Both the position numbers and the translations under genes were made by a program. A stretch of 57,367 nucleotides of DNA from Bacteroidota bacterium (GTDB lineage: Bacteria; Bacteroidota; Bacteroidia; AKYH767-A; OLB10). Numbering within the stretch: position 1 is the stretch's first letter; each line of letters opens with the position of its first letter. A model generated the notes under the pieces. The model had not been told where the DNA came from. It did not search any database and saw only the letters and a list, made by a program, of their open reading frames with translations. This document shows positions 19,484 through 32,700 of the stretch, piece after piece. Where the stretch lies: NCBI GenBank assembly GCA_947453935.1, contig CANGJU010000004.1, forward strand, positions 1 to 57,367, written 5' to 3'.

Positions 19484-19568
19484 GCCCAGGTGGTGGAATT
19501 GGTAGACACGCAGGACTTAAAATCCTGTGGCCTTAACAGCCGTATCGGTTCGACTCCGATCCCGGGTA
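19484..19568 (+). tRNA. trnL: tRNA-Leu (anticodon TAA)
   Basis: GCCCAGG..TGGTGGAATTGGTAGACAC D-arm, CAGGA-ctTAAaa-TCCTG anticodon arm, long variable arm, ATCGG-TTCGACT-CCGAT T-arm, discriminator A; 85 nt. Confidence 0.95.
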
Positions 19569-19919
19569 CAACAAAACCCTGTAGTTTTTACTACAGGGTT
19601 TTTTATTTTCGAGAAAGCCGTATCGGTTCTCCCGATTACTATCGGGACCGATCCCGGGTACAACAAAACCCTGTAGTAAAAACTACAGGGTTTTTTATTT
19701 TCGAGAAAGCCGTATCGGTTCTCCCGATTACTATCGGGACCGATCCCGGGTACAACAAAACCCTGTAGTAACAAACTACAGTCCCGATAACCATCGGGAT
19801 TATTTTCGAGAAAGCCGTATCGGTTCTCCCGATTACTATCGGGACCGATCCCGGATACATCAAAACCCTGTAGTATGCACTCAGTCCCGATAGCTATCGG
19901 GATTTTATTTTCAAGAAAG
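19538..19919 (+). repeat. Tandem array of tRNA-Leu 3' end + terminator units (native copy plus 3 derived copies) containing inserted palindromes
   Basis: AGCCGTATCGGTTC...CCGATCCCGG(G/A)TACA..CAAAACCCTGTAGT...TTTTC(G/A)AGAA recurs at 19538, 19616, 19708 and 19813 (periods 78, 92, 105). Confidence 0.93.
19573..19604 (+). terminator. Intrinsic terminator after tRNA-Leu
   Basis: AAAACCCTGTAGT-tttt-ACTACAGGGTTTTTT. Confidence 0.85.
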
Positions 19920-20309
19920 TTGTACCTGGTAGTATGCTGCACTTTCTCGAAGACTCGGGATTGTTTTCCAAAAAGACATTGGGGATATGTCCTCCAAAGA
20001 AAGTTAAAAACCTACGGTGATTCATTGTCTATTTAAGTCAAAAGCTTTTGTTTTATTATAAATATAAAAAATATAAATAAAGTTTTATAATGGTACGGTT
20101 GAAGTTTGATAGAGTTGACAAATGGAGATAGGTGTATGCACTTATGTAGTTTTGGGAGTGAGTTCGCTTGTTCAGTAGTGTTTTTTACCTTATTAACAAT
20201 TGATTGTTCTTGTTTGATAAGTTTATCGACAATGGCTTGTATAATACTGTGGATTTTCTAATTTAGAAAGTGGCTTTTTATTATTTATAACATTTTAATT
20301 ATTTCCGCT

Positions 20310-20744
20310 ATGAATCAATTATTTGGATTTTGTTTTATTATGCTTTGCATTATTAATATGAATGCTATTGCTCAAACAGCCAAAACGAATAATAATTCTA
20401 TTGAGCAATTGATTTATTCAAAAATTGATTTTAATCGTTTGCCCGATGATGTTAAACAACAAATCAATAAAAATAAATTAGCGAATATTTCTCTTTTTGA
20501 TGGAGTAGCGCGTGCTTTCATAGTGGATGTAGCGACAATAAATTCATCAAATGATATAAAGACAAAAATTTCATTTTTATATTCTGTGACAAATCTTAAA
20601 GACGTAAAATATTTGTCAGGTAATAGAATCGAAATTATTGCATCCATTGAAACAGAAGCTTCATTGTTTAAAGAAATATTCTTGTCGCATTCAGTAAATG
20701 CAAATTTCATTGAACAGAAATTTGTTCTTTATAAAGCCAACTAG
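20310..20744 (+). CDS. Hypothetical exported protein immediately upstream of the giant adhesin
   Basis: Signal-peptide-like N-terminus (AIAQ); stop codon 3 nt before the adhesin ATG, implying co-transcription. Confidence 0.7.
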   Translation: MNQLFGFCFIMLCIINMNAIAQTAKTNNNSIEQLIYSKIDFNRLPDDVKQQINKNKLANISLFDGVARAFIVDVATINSSNDIKTKISFLYSVTNLKDVKYLSGNRIEIIASIETEASLFKEIFLSHSVNANFIEQKFVLYKAN

Positions 20745-20747
20745 CCT

Positions 20748-23700
20748 ATGAAAATACGTTTACTATTTAATATACTCTTCTCTTTATTTGTTAGCAGCGC
20801 AGTATTCGCACAGGCTCCTGTTAACGACGATCCTTGTAATGCAACTCCGTTAACTGCTAGTACTGGATGTAATTATGTAACTGGAACAAATCTAAATGCA
20901 ACTGCAACTGCTGGTGTTCCAGCACCTGGTTGTGCAAATTATGTAGGTGGTGATGTATGGTTTTCTGTTACAGTTCCTGCATCTGGTAGTCTGATTTTCG
21001 ACTCCAACACAGGTGTTGTTACTGATGGTGGTATGGCAATCTATTCTGGTACCTGCAGTAATCTTACGCTTATTTCTTGCAATGACGATGGAAGTGCTAA
21101 TGGATTGATGCCATCAATATCAGCAAACGGATTAACTCCAGGCTCTACTATATATATTCGTTTTTGGGAGTATGGCAATGATAACAACGGGGATTTTTCT
21201 ATTTGCGTTGAACAAATAACTCCTTGCGCAACTGTTTCAACAAACTCATCGTGTGTTAGTGCAGATCCGTTTTGTACGGGAACATCCTATAATTATTGCA
21301 ACACGGTAAACGTGCCTTCATTAGGAGGAGGTGGCATTTACGGTTGTTGTGGTTCAACACCAAACCCTGCTTTTTATTTCATGAATATTCAGACATCAGG
21401 CTCAGTTGTTTTTAATATTTCTCAAACATCTAATGCAGGATTAGGTATAGATGTCGACTTTGTATTGTGGGGGCCATTTGCTTCTCAGGCTGCGATGTGT
21501 GCAGGATTAGCAGCAGGGAATATTATCGATTGTAGTTTTTCTATTGCGGCTGTTGAAACTGCTACTATTTCTAATGCAATTGCAGGTCAATGGTATATGA
21601 TTTTAATTACAAATTATTCTAACCAGCCTGGTAATATTCAATTTAATCAAACAAACACAGGTAATGCAAATGCTGGTTCAACAAATTGTAATATTCTTAC
21701 TGCGATTCCAAGTCCATGCAGTAACGGATTATATACACTTGCCGGAAGTGTTGAAGTTCCAGCGCCACCCACAACTGGTACGTTAACGGTTTCATCGTCG
21801 TGTGGAGGAAGTGTAGTTTTTAATGCACCATTTGTTACGCCAATTTCATATTCAATTCCTAATATTTGTGCAACAGGGGATACTTGCACAGCAACGGCTG
21901 TTTTTTCAGCAGCAGGGGCGCCTACAATACTTCCTACGTCCTTTTTAGCCTCAAGTTGTAATTCGCTTACAGCAGTCCCATCGGTATGTACAGGAAATGG
22001 ATATAGTGTTAGTGGAATTATGACCGCTTATTGCTTGCCTGTTACTGGAACACTAACATTTACTTCTTCATGTGGAGGCAGTGTCACGTATAACGCGCCA
22101 TTTTCATCTCCATTTTCATATACAATTCCAAATATGTGCGCTAATGGAGGAAATTGCACAATAACAGCTGCATTTTCCGCGGCTAATGCTCCTGTAATTC
22201 CTAATGCAAGCTATTCTGCACCAGTTTGTAATTCACTTACTGCTACACCAGGGATATGTACAGGTGGGCAATATATAATGTCGGGAGTTTTAATTAATAA
22301 TGGATGTATTCCTGCAACTGGTACATTAACTATTGCAAGCTCATGCGGAGGCAGTGTAGTTTATAATGCACCTTTTACAAGTCCCTTGAATTGGTCGTTG
22401 CCAGCATCAAACGGTAATGGTGGAAACTGCACAATCACTGCAGTTTATTCTGCAGCAGGAGCCCCATTAATTACGTCAGTTGTTGTAGCAGAACCACAAT
22501 GTTGCAATGCAAATGCAGGAACAATTGATGTGACCGTTAATGGTGGCACAATAACAAGTACAGGAAATGCAACACAAGTTGTATTGTGTTCCGGTGGTTC
22601 AGTAAGTCTTATTAGTAATGACGATTATATTTTACCGCCTGCATTTGATCCAGGTTGGGATGATTCTGAATTATTTTATGCTATTTATGTTTCTCCAGGA
22701 CCAACAGTGCCCGATCCTGATTTAGATCCTAATTGGACAGGTTATTATTGGACTGGCGAAGATTTTTTTAATAATGCTTATGCTACTTCTACGGGAGGAT
22801 GTTCTCCCTTATTGTCATTACCAGCAGTGCCAGGTTATGCATCTCCATCTTCCCCAACAAACACATTGGTTTTTGTACCAATCACCGCAGATGATAGCGA
22901 TAATGGATTAGATTGGGATGGCGTAGTTGCACATGATCAAAATGGAGATGGTTGCTTTGATATTGGGGATCCCATTTCTATTACATTTTTAAATCCAATA
23001 GAATTATCATCATCAGTTAGTTGTGCAGGTACAGTTAGCATTCAGATTAATGGGGGTAATCCACAGTTTTTTAATAATAGTTATACAATTTCAAATACTG
23101 GAGCTGGTACATTGAGTTCAACAACAGCCACAGCTGGTGGAGTTGTTTCAATTTCAGGATTAACTTCAGGTCAGACATATTCAGTTTCAGTAACAGACGC
23201 AACAGGGTGTACCCCAACAATAATTAGCGGGGTTTACCAAGGACCACCAACAGTTAATTTAACAGCTAATCCTGCCACAATATGTCTTGGTGAGTGTTCG
23301 TCATTAAATGCGACTGTTAGTTCTGGTCTTTCTCCGGGAAATAAAACAATTAAAAGTACAGAGTGTGCAATTATTAAGGACGCTGGTATTAGTGCTGTTA
23401 ACGGCTCTCCAATAGTTAATACTGGTAATTGGGCACATACATGTATTGATGTTACTGGGGTTTGTGATGATGTTTGGAATACAGGAGAGTTTTTATCGGT
23501 GCAGTTAAATATTCAGCATTCATGGGTAACCGATTTAGATATTTATTTGCAAGCACCAAATGGTGTTTTCTATCTTTTGAGTCAAGATAATGGAGGAGGT
23601 AATTCAAATTATACGAATACCATTTTTACAGCTACAGCAGCAACAAGTATTAACGCAGGAACAGCACCATTTACAGGTTCATTTAGGCCACAAGGAGCAG

Positions 23701-26700
23701 GAGGGAACTTTAATGCGTTAAATGGAACGACAATTAATGGTTCTTGGTGTTTGTGGGTTGGAGACGACGGCGCTATTGATCAAGGTTCAATAGTCAATTG
23801 GTCAATTACTTTTGCCAATCAAAATTCGTATACTTATTCATGGTCACCAACGATAGGGCTATCATCAACAACTGTTTTAAACCCGTTGGCTTGTCCCACT
23901 GTATCAACATCGTATACGCTTACCGTTACTAATTCGTGTGGATGTACTACAACTGCTTCAGTACCTGTAATTATTTCGCCACCTATTACTCCAACCTTTA
24001 ATACTATTGGGCCAATTTGTTCAGGAGCATTAGTGCCATCTTTACCAACAACTTCAACAAATGGTATAATAGGAACATGGTCGCCAAATACTATTAATAA
24101 TACAGCTTCTGCCTCATATACTTTTTCTCCATCCGCTGGTCAATGTGCTGATACAATTACTATTTCTGTTGTGATTGATAATGCACCAACCTTATCCAGT
24201 ATAATTACAAAGCCATTGTGCCTTGGTAATACTAATGGTGCTATCGATTTAACTGTTAATGGAGGAACAGGTCCTTTCGCTTATCAATGGTCGAATGGCT
24301 CTACTAATCAAGATTTGTCAAGTTTAGCAGTAGGAACGTATACGGTTACCGTTAGTTCTGCCAACGGGTGTACTGCAGTATTGTCAAATGTGGTTGCTGC
24401 ACCACTCGCGGTTGTGGCTTCAATAGCTTCTACAAGCAACATTAATTGCTTCGGACAAAGTACAGGAGGAGTTACGGCAAGTGGAAGTGGAGGAACTAGT
24501 CCTTACACTTATTTATGGTCCACTGGTGCAACTACAAATGTGATCAGCAATTTACCTGCAGGTGTTTATACTATTACAGTTACAGATGCCAATGGATGTA
24601 CAAATAATACAAACGTGTCTGCTACATTATTACAGCAACCTCAACTTACGGTAAATATTCCAATTGTGACGAACGTGAGTTGCTTTGGTGGTAATAATGG
24701 TAGCATTACAGCAAGTCCAACAGGAGGAACTGCTGGCTATACTTATTCATGGAGCAATGGTGCAACTGGTCCCACAACCTCTGGTTTAACAATAGGAAGT
24801 TATACGGTTACGGTGACTGATTCAAGAGGTTGTACAAACACAGCTTCAACAACAATCGCACAACCTCCTCAATTGGTAATTTCGATTCCTTCTACAACTA
24901 ATGTACTTTGTAATGGCGGTGCTACAGGTATCGCAACCGCATTGGCAACAAGTGGAACACCAGTGTATACTTATCTGTGGAGTAATGGAGGAAGCACCGC
25001 TACAGTGAACAATCTAACGGCAGGGACTTACGTCGTAACCGCAACAGATGCTAATGGATGTACAATTTCTACAAGTGCTACTATAACTCAGCCACCATTG
25101 CTAACAGCTACAATTCCAATAACTACAAATGTGCTTTGTAATGGAGGTTCAACTGGAAGTGCAACTGTGTCAACTAATGGTGGTACTACTGGTTATACTT
25201 ACTTATGGAATACTGGTTCAATAAGTTCGTCGATTTCTAATTTAACTGCAGGGACATATACAGTTACTGCAATGGATGTAAATGGATGTACTAGTTCTGC
25301 TTCAACGAATATTTCGCAGCCAACATTATTGGTAGTTTCAATACCATCAACAACGAATATTTTATGTAATGGAGGTGCGACAGGAATTGCAATTGCAAAT
25401 GCTTCAAATGGGACGCCCATTTATTCATATGCATGGAGCACTGGTGCAACAACATCTACAATAAGTAATCTGCAAGTTGGAACTTATACAGTAACAGTAA
25501 CCGATGCGAATGGTTGTACAAATTCTACTTCAACAACATTGTCGCAACCCGCTGCGATAGCATTAACACCTTCAAGTACAACATCTACTTGCGGACAAGC
25601 AAATGGAAGTGCAGGTGTTAGTGTTTCTGGAGGTGTGTCAAGCTATTCTTATTTATGGTCAAGTGGTCAGACAACTGCTGCGATTAACAACGTTGCTTCA
25701 GGTGGGTATGTAGTTACAGTAACTGATGCGAACGGCTGTACTAGCTCTACTACGGCTAATGTTGGAAGTATTGGTGGTCCAACAGTAACTTTAACAAATA
25801 GTTCTAATGTAAGTTGTTTTGGTGGTACTAACGGTAGTGCACAGGTGAATGTAAGTTCAGGAACAGGTCCATTTATTTATAATTGGCTACCGTTTGGTGG
25901 AGGTTCAAATACAGCATCTAATCTTTCCGCTGGTAGTTATTCGGTAAATGTTACAGATGGAAATGGCTGTACTTCTTCTGTTTCTGTTGTTATTAGTCAA
26001 CCAGCTCAATTGGCGCTTTCAATTCCCACAACTTCGAATGTATTATGTAATGGAGGAAGTACAGGAAGTGCAACAGCATTAGCATCCAACGGAACAATAG
26101 GTTATTCTTATTTATGGAACAATGGATCAACTAGTGCAACAAATAACAATCTAACTGCCGGAACATATACTGTTACTGCAACTGATGGAAATGGATGTAC
26201 AATATCAACTACGGCTTCAATTGCTCAGCCATCTGCATTAACAATTGCAATTCCATCAACAACAAATGTCTTATGTAATGGAGGTGCAACAGGTAGCGCA
26301 ACTGCACTAGCATCGAATGGTTCCGTTGGATACACTTATCAATGGAATACTGGTGCAACAACATCAACAATTAATAATCTATTGGCAGGTACTTACACAG
26401 TAACTGCTACTGATGCAAATGGATGTACAACATCAACAGCTGCGCTAGTGACACAGCCATCAGCATTAACATTGTCAATTCCATCAACAACAAATGTGTT
26501 ATGTAATGGAGGTGCAACAGGTAGTGCAACTGCAATAGCAGCGAATGGTTCGCCAGTTTATACCTACTTATGGAGTAATGGTGGAAGTACTGCTACATTG
26601 AACAATCTAACGGCAGGCGTATACGCCATTACAGCCACAGATGCAAATGGATGTACAACATCAACTACGGCTTCAATTACTCAGCCATCTGCATTAACAA

Positions 26701-29700
26701 TTGCAATTCCATCAACAACAAATGTTTTATGTAATGGAGGTGCAACAGGTAGTGCAACTGCAATGGCAGCGAATGGGTCGCCAGTTTATACGTACTTATG
26801 GAGTAATGGTGGAAATGCAGCCACCGCAAATAATCTAACAGCAGGTGCTTACGTAGTAACCGCAACAGATGCAAATGGATGTACAACATCAACTACGGCA
26901 ACAATTACTCAACCAAGTCAATTGACTTTGTCGATTCTTTCAACAACAAATGTTTTATGTAATGGTGCCGCCAATGGAAGTATAACAAGTCTTGCAACAA
27001 ATGGTACTATCGGATATAATTATAATTGGAGTACGGGTGCAACTTCTGCAACAGTTAGTAATTTAACTGCAGGAACATACACTGTAACTGCAACGGATGG
27101 GAATGGATGTACAGCATCAACAACAGCAATTGTTAGTCAGCCAACCGCTTTGGCCATTTCAATACCTTCAACAACAAATGTGTTATGTAATGGTGGTGCA
27201 ACTGGTAATGTAACTGCACTAGCATCGAATGGTTCCGTTGGATACACTTATCAATGGAATACTGGTGCAACAACATCAACGATTAATAATCTAATAGCAG
27301 GTGTGTACACAGTAACTGCTACTGATGCAAATGGATGTACAACATCAACAACGGCGCTAGTTACACAGCCATCAGCATTAACATTGTCAATTCCATCAAC
27401 AACAAATGTGTTATGTAATGGAGGCGCAACAGGTAGCGCAACTGCACTAGCAGCGAATGGTACACCAGTTTACACCTACTTATGGAGTAATGGTGGAAGT
27501 ACTGCTACAGTGAACAGTCTAACGGCAGGTGTATACGCCATTACAGCCACAGATGCAAATGGATGTACAACGTCAACAACTGCTACGATAAGCCAACCAA
27601 TACCTCTTACGCTTTCAATTCCATCAACATCAAATGTATTATGTAATGGAGGAGCAACAGGGAGTGCATCTGTCTCTGCATCTGGTGGAGCTGGAAGTTA
27701 TACATACTTATGGAGTACAGGATCAACAACTTCATCAGTTTCAAATTTAGCTGCGGGGACATACACGGTTACGGCTACTGATGCTAACGGATGTACAACA
27801 TCAACAACGGCGATAATTACTCAGCCATCTTTGCTTACACTTTCAATTCCTTCAACAACGAATGTTTTATGTAATGGAGAATCAACAGGAAGCGCAACTG
27901 CATTAGCAGCTAGTGGATCTCCTGGATATACGTATCAATGGAATACCGGTGCAACAACATCAGCTTTAAATAGTCTAACGGTAGGGATATATACCGTAAC
28001 AGCAACGGATGCGAATGGATGTACGTCAGCAGTATCTGTTACTATCACGCAGCCTTCTGCAATTGTATTGTCGACAGGCAATAATCCAACCTTGTGCGGA
28101 CAGGCAAATGGTAGTGCGAATGTATCGGCCGTAGGAGGAAATCCTGCGTATACTTATAGTTGGTCTAGCGGACAAACAACTTCTTCCATCAGCAATATTG
28201 TTTCAGGAGGATATGTTGTAACCGTCACCGATGGTAACGGTTGTACGATCTCGACATCTGTTAATGTTGGAAGTATTGGCGGACCTACTGTTGCAATTAC
28301 AACTAGCAGCGATGTTAGTTGCTTTGGTGGATCTAACGGTAGTGCACAGGTGAATGTTAGTTTAGGAACTGGTCCGTTTAATTATTCTTGGTTGCCTAGC
28401 GGTGGTACTGGAGTTACGGCATCAAATCTTTCAGCGGGTAGTTATACAGTAAACGTGACAGATAACAATGGATGTACATCGTCAGCATCAGTGCTAATTT
28501 CAGAACCATCATTACTTACAGTTTCAATTCCAGTAACAACGAATGTTTTATGTAATGGAGGAGCTACAGGAAGTGCGACTGCTCTTGCATCAAATGGAAC
28601 AGCAGGATATACCTACCAATGGAACACGGGATCAACATCTGCCATCATTAATAATCTAATAGCAGGTATTTACACTGTAACGACTACCGATGGAAATGGC
28701 TGTACGACTTCGGCTACAGCAAGCATTGCTCAGCCATCTGCGCTTGTACTTGCAATTTCATCAACAACAAACGTTTTATGTAATGGAGGATCAGCAGGAA
28801 GTGCGACTGCTCTTGCATCAAATGGAACAGCAGGATATACCTATCAATGGAATACGGGTGCTACAACATCAGTAATAAACAATCTAACTGCAGGAACCTA
28901 CACTGTAACTGCAACCGATGCAAATGGATGTACAACGTCAACATCAACTATTATTACGCAACCATCTGCATTATCATTAGCAATTCCTGCTATGACAAAT
29001 GTTTTATGTAATGGAGGGAATACAGGCGGTGCAACAGCATTAGCATCCAACGGAACAGCAGGATATACTTATCAATGGAATACTGGAGCAACAACTTCAG
29101 TGATTAACAATCTAACGGCAGGTATATACACCGTTACTGCAACGGATGCGAATGGATGCACGACTTCTGCAACGGCTACGATTAGTCAACCAACTTTGCT
29201 TACACTTTCAATTCCATCAACGTCCAATGTTTTATGTAATGGCGGTAATACCGGTAGTGCAACTGCACTTGCTTCGGATGGAACGGCTGGATATACTTAT
29301 TCGTGGAGCAATGGATCAACTAATGCTATAAATAATAATCTTACTGCAGGAACCTACACTGTTACGGCAACTGATGCCAATGGCTGTACAATATCAACTA
29401 CAACTAATATCATTCAACCATCTGCATTAACATTGTCAATTCCTGCAATAACAAATGTTATCTGTAATGGAGGAGCGACTGGAAGTGTAACTGCTTTAGC
29501 ATCGAATGGGTCGGCTGGTTATACTTATATATGGAGCAATGGTTCAACTACTGCAATAAATAATAATCTAACTGCAGGGACATACACTATAACTGCAACA
29601 GATGCAAACGGATGTACAACATCTACTACAGCAAACATTGCTCAGCCATCTGCACTTGCACTTGCAATTTCATCAACAACAAATGTTTTATGTAATGGAG

Positions 29701-32700
29701 GTAATACAGGTAGTGCAATAGCATTAGCATCCAACGGTACAGCTGGATATTCTTATTTGTGGAGTAATGGATCAACCAATGCAATAAATAATACTCTAAC
29801 GGTAGGGACATACACCGTAACTGCCACGGATGCGAATGGTTGTACTACTTCAACAACAGCATCGATTATTCAACCTTCTGCATTATCAATAGCAATTCCT
29901 GCTGTAACAAATGTTTTATGTAATGGAGGGAATACTGGCAGTGCAACAGCATTAGCATCCAACGGAACATCAGGATATACTTATCAATGGAATACAGGAG
30001 TAACAACAGCAGCAGTTAATAATCTAACCGCAGGAATATACACTGTAACTGCGACAGATGTCAATGGTTGTTCAATATCAACTACAACTAATATTACTCA
30101 ACCATCTGTATTAACAGTATCAATTCCTACTACAACAAATGTTTTATGTAATGGCGGTACAACAGGAAGTGCAACTGCATTAGCAGCTAATGGAACATCA
30201 GGATATACCTATCAGTGGAATACGGGTGTAACAACTGCAATAAATAATAATCTAGCTGCAGGGACATACACTGTTACAGCAACGGATGCGAACGGATGTA
30301 CAACATCAACAACTGCGACAATAAGTCAACCAACATTGCTTACAATTTCAATTCCTTCAACAACGAATGTGCTTTGTAATGGCAATGCAACTGGAAGTGT
30401 AACAGCTTTAGCAGCTAATGGAACATCAGGATATACCTATCAATGGAATACCGGAGCAACAACTCCAACGATGAATAATCTAACGGCAGGGACATACACT
30501 GTGACAGCAACTGATGCGAATGGATGTACGGTTTCTTTATCAGCTTTAATTTCACAGCCAACTGCTATAAGTCTTAGTTCTAATTCTTCTTCAACTTTAT
30601 GTGGTCAATTGAATGGTAGTGCAAGTGTAGTAGCAATAGGTGGTAGTGGAGCCTATAGTTATTTGTGGTCTGGTGGACAAACAACTCCATCAATTAATAA
30701 TGTTGCGTCTGGTGGTTATGTAATAACTGTAACGGATGCAAATGGATGTACAATTTCAACTTCGGTAAATATTGGAAGTATTGGCGGGCCAACTGTGGCC
30801 ATTGCTAATAGTAGTAACGTAAGTTGCTTTGGTGGTACTAACGGTGATGCGCAGGTGAATGTAAGCGCAGGACAAGGTCCATTTACTTATTCTTGGTTGC
30901 CAAGTGGTGGAAATGGATTAAGTGCAACAAATCTTTCAGCAGGAAACTATACAATTAATGTAACAGATATTAATGGATGTACTTCATCAGCTACTGTTGT
31001 TATTAGTCAGCCTACCCAATTATCGATTTCAATTCCTTCATTCAGCAATGTGCTTTGTAATGGTGGAAGCACCGGAAGTGCAACGGCATTAGCGACGAAT
31101 GGGACAAGTGGTTATTCTTATTTGTGGAGTAATGGATCGACAACTTTAACGATTAATAATTTATCAGCAGGAACCTATACGGTAACAGTTACTGATGGCA
31201 ATGGATGTTCGGCTTCTTCATCGGCGATAATAACACAACCTTCTTTACTAACAGTCGCTATTCCTTCTGCAACTAATGTTCTATGTAATGGTGCTGCTTC
31301 GGGAAGTATAACTGCTTTAGCTTCAAACGGAACTTCTGGTTACTCTTATTTATGGAGTAATGGAGGAAATAATTCAGTTGTTAATAATCTAACGGCAGGT
31401 GTATACGTAGTAACAGCAACGGATGTTAATGGATGTACAGCATCAGCATCTGCTACAATAACTCAACCTTCAATAATCAATATTCAAACGAATAGTGCCG
31501 CGTCAACATGTGGACTTTTAAATGGTAGTGCGGGTGTTAATGTTTCCGGCGGGACAAGTGGTTATACTTTTCAATGGTCAAACGGACAAACATCATCAAC
31601 GATTAATAATTTAGCAACAGGTTTTTATACTGTAACGGTGACGGATGCTAATACATGTACTGCATCCGTAATAATTAACGTAGGTAATATTGGAGGTCCT
31701 TCAGTTGCAATTGCAAGTTATAGTAATGTTGGATGCTTTGGTGATGCTACTGGTACGGCACAGGTTAATATCAGTTCTGGTACAGCACCCTACACGTATA
31801 ATTGGTTGCCAACAGGAGGTTCTGCTAGTAGTACTTCTAATTTAACTGCGGGAAATTATTCTGTTGTTGTAACTGATGCTAATGGATGTACAACATCAAC
31901 CTCTTTAATAATTACAGAGCCATCAGCATTGGGAATCCAAACTTCAACTATATCATCAGCATGTGGTCAGTTGAATGGAGGTGCTAGTGTAATTGTTTCA
32001 GGTGGTGTTGCTGGATATAATTATCAATGGTCAAATGGACAAACTACATCTGCAATTAATAATGTTGCAGCTGGTGGTTATACAGTAACTGTTATTGATG
32101 GCAATGGATGTACGTCTACAACGGCTGTTAATATTGGAACTATTGGTGGTCCAACAGTAGCAATTGCTAATAGTGCAAATGTAACCTGTTTTGGCGGGTC
32201 TAACGGTAGTGCACAGGTGAATGTAAGTGCAGGCGTTGCGCCATTTACATATGCTTGGACACCTTCTGGAGGTAGCAACCTTGCTGCTACTAATTTAACC
32301 GCAGGTAATTATACGGTGAGTGTAACCGATGCTAATGGTTGTTCAAATTCAGTTTCAGTTAATATTACTGAGTCAGCATCAATAAATTTAAGCACAAGTT
32401 CAGTTTCTTCAAGTTGCGGACAATTAAACGGAAGTGCGACTGTTAGTGCAAATGGTGGTAGTGGAGCGCTAAGTTATTTGTGGAATGGTGGACAAACTAC
32501 AAATTCAGTTAACAATATTGCCTCAGGTAGTTACTCAGTTACTGTAACCGATGCGAATGGATGTACAAATTCTACAACTGTTAATATTGGTAATATTGGC
32601 GGACCAACAGTCGCCATTTCAAATAGTACCAATGTAAATTGCTTTGGAGGAACTAACGGTAGCGCACAGGCGAATGTTAGTTCAGGGTCAGCGCCGTTTA

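Noticed and set aside
19538-19919. CRISPR array
   Set aside because: The repeats derive from the tRNA-Leu 3' end, the intervening sequences are homologous rather than unique spacers, the period is irregular, and there are no cas genes
19490-19942. ORFs 19490..19768 (+), 19517..19942 (-), 19639..19863 (-)
   Set aside because: They overlap tRNA-Leu and merely translate the repeat array and palindromes (PIAIG/PIVIG peptides)
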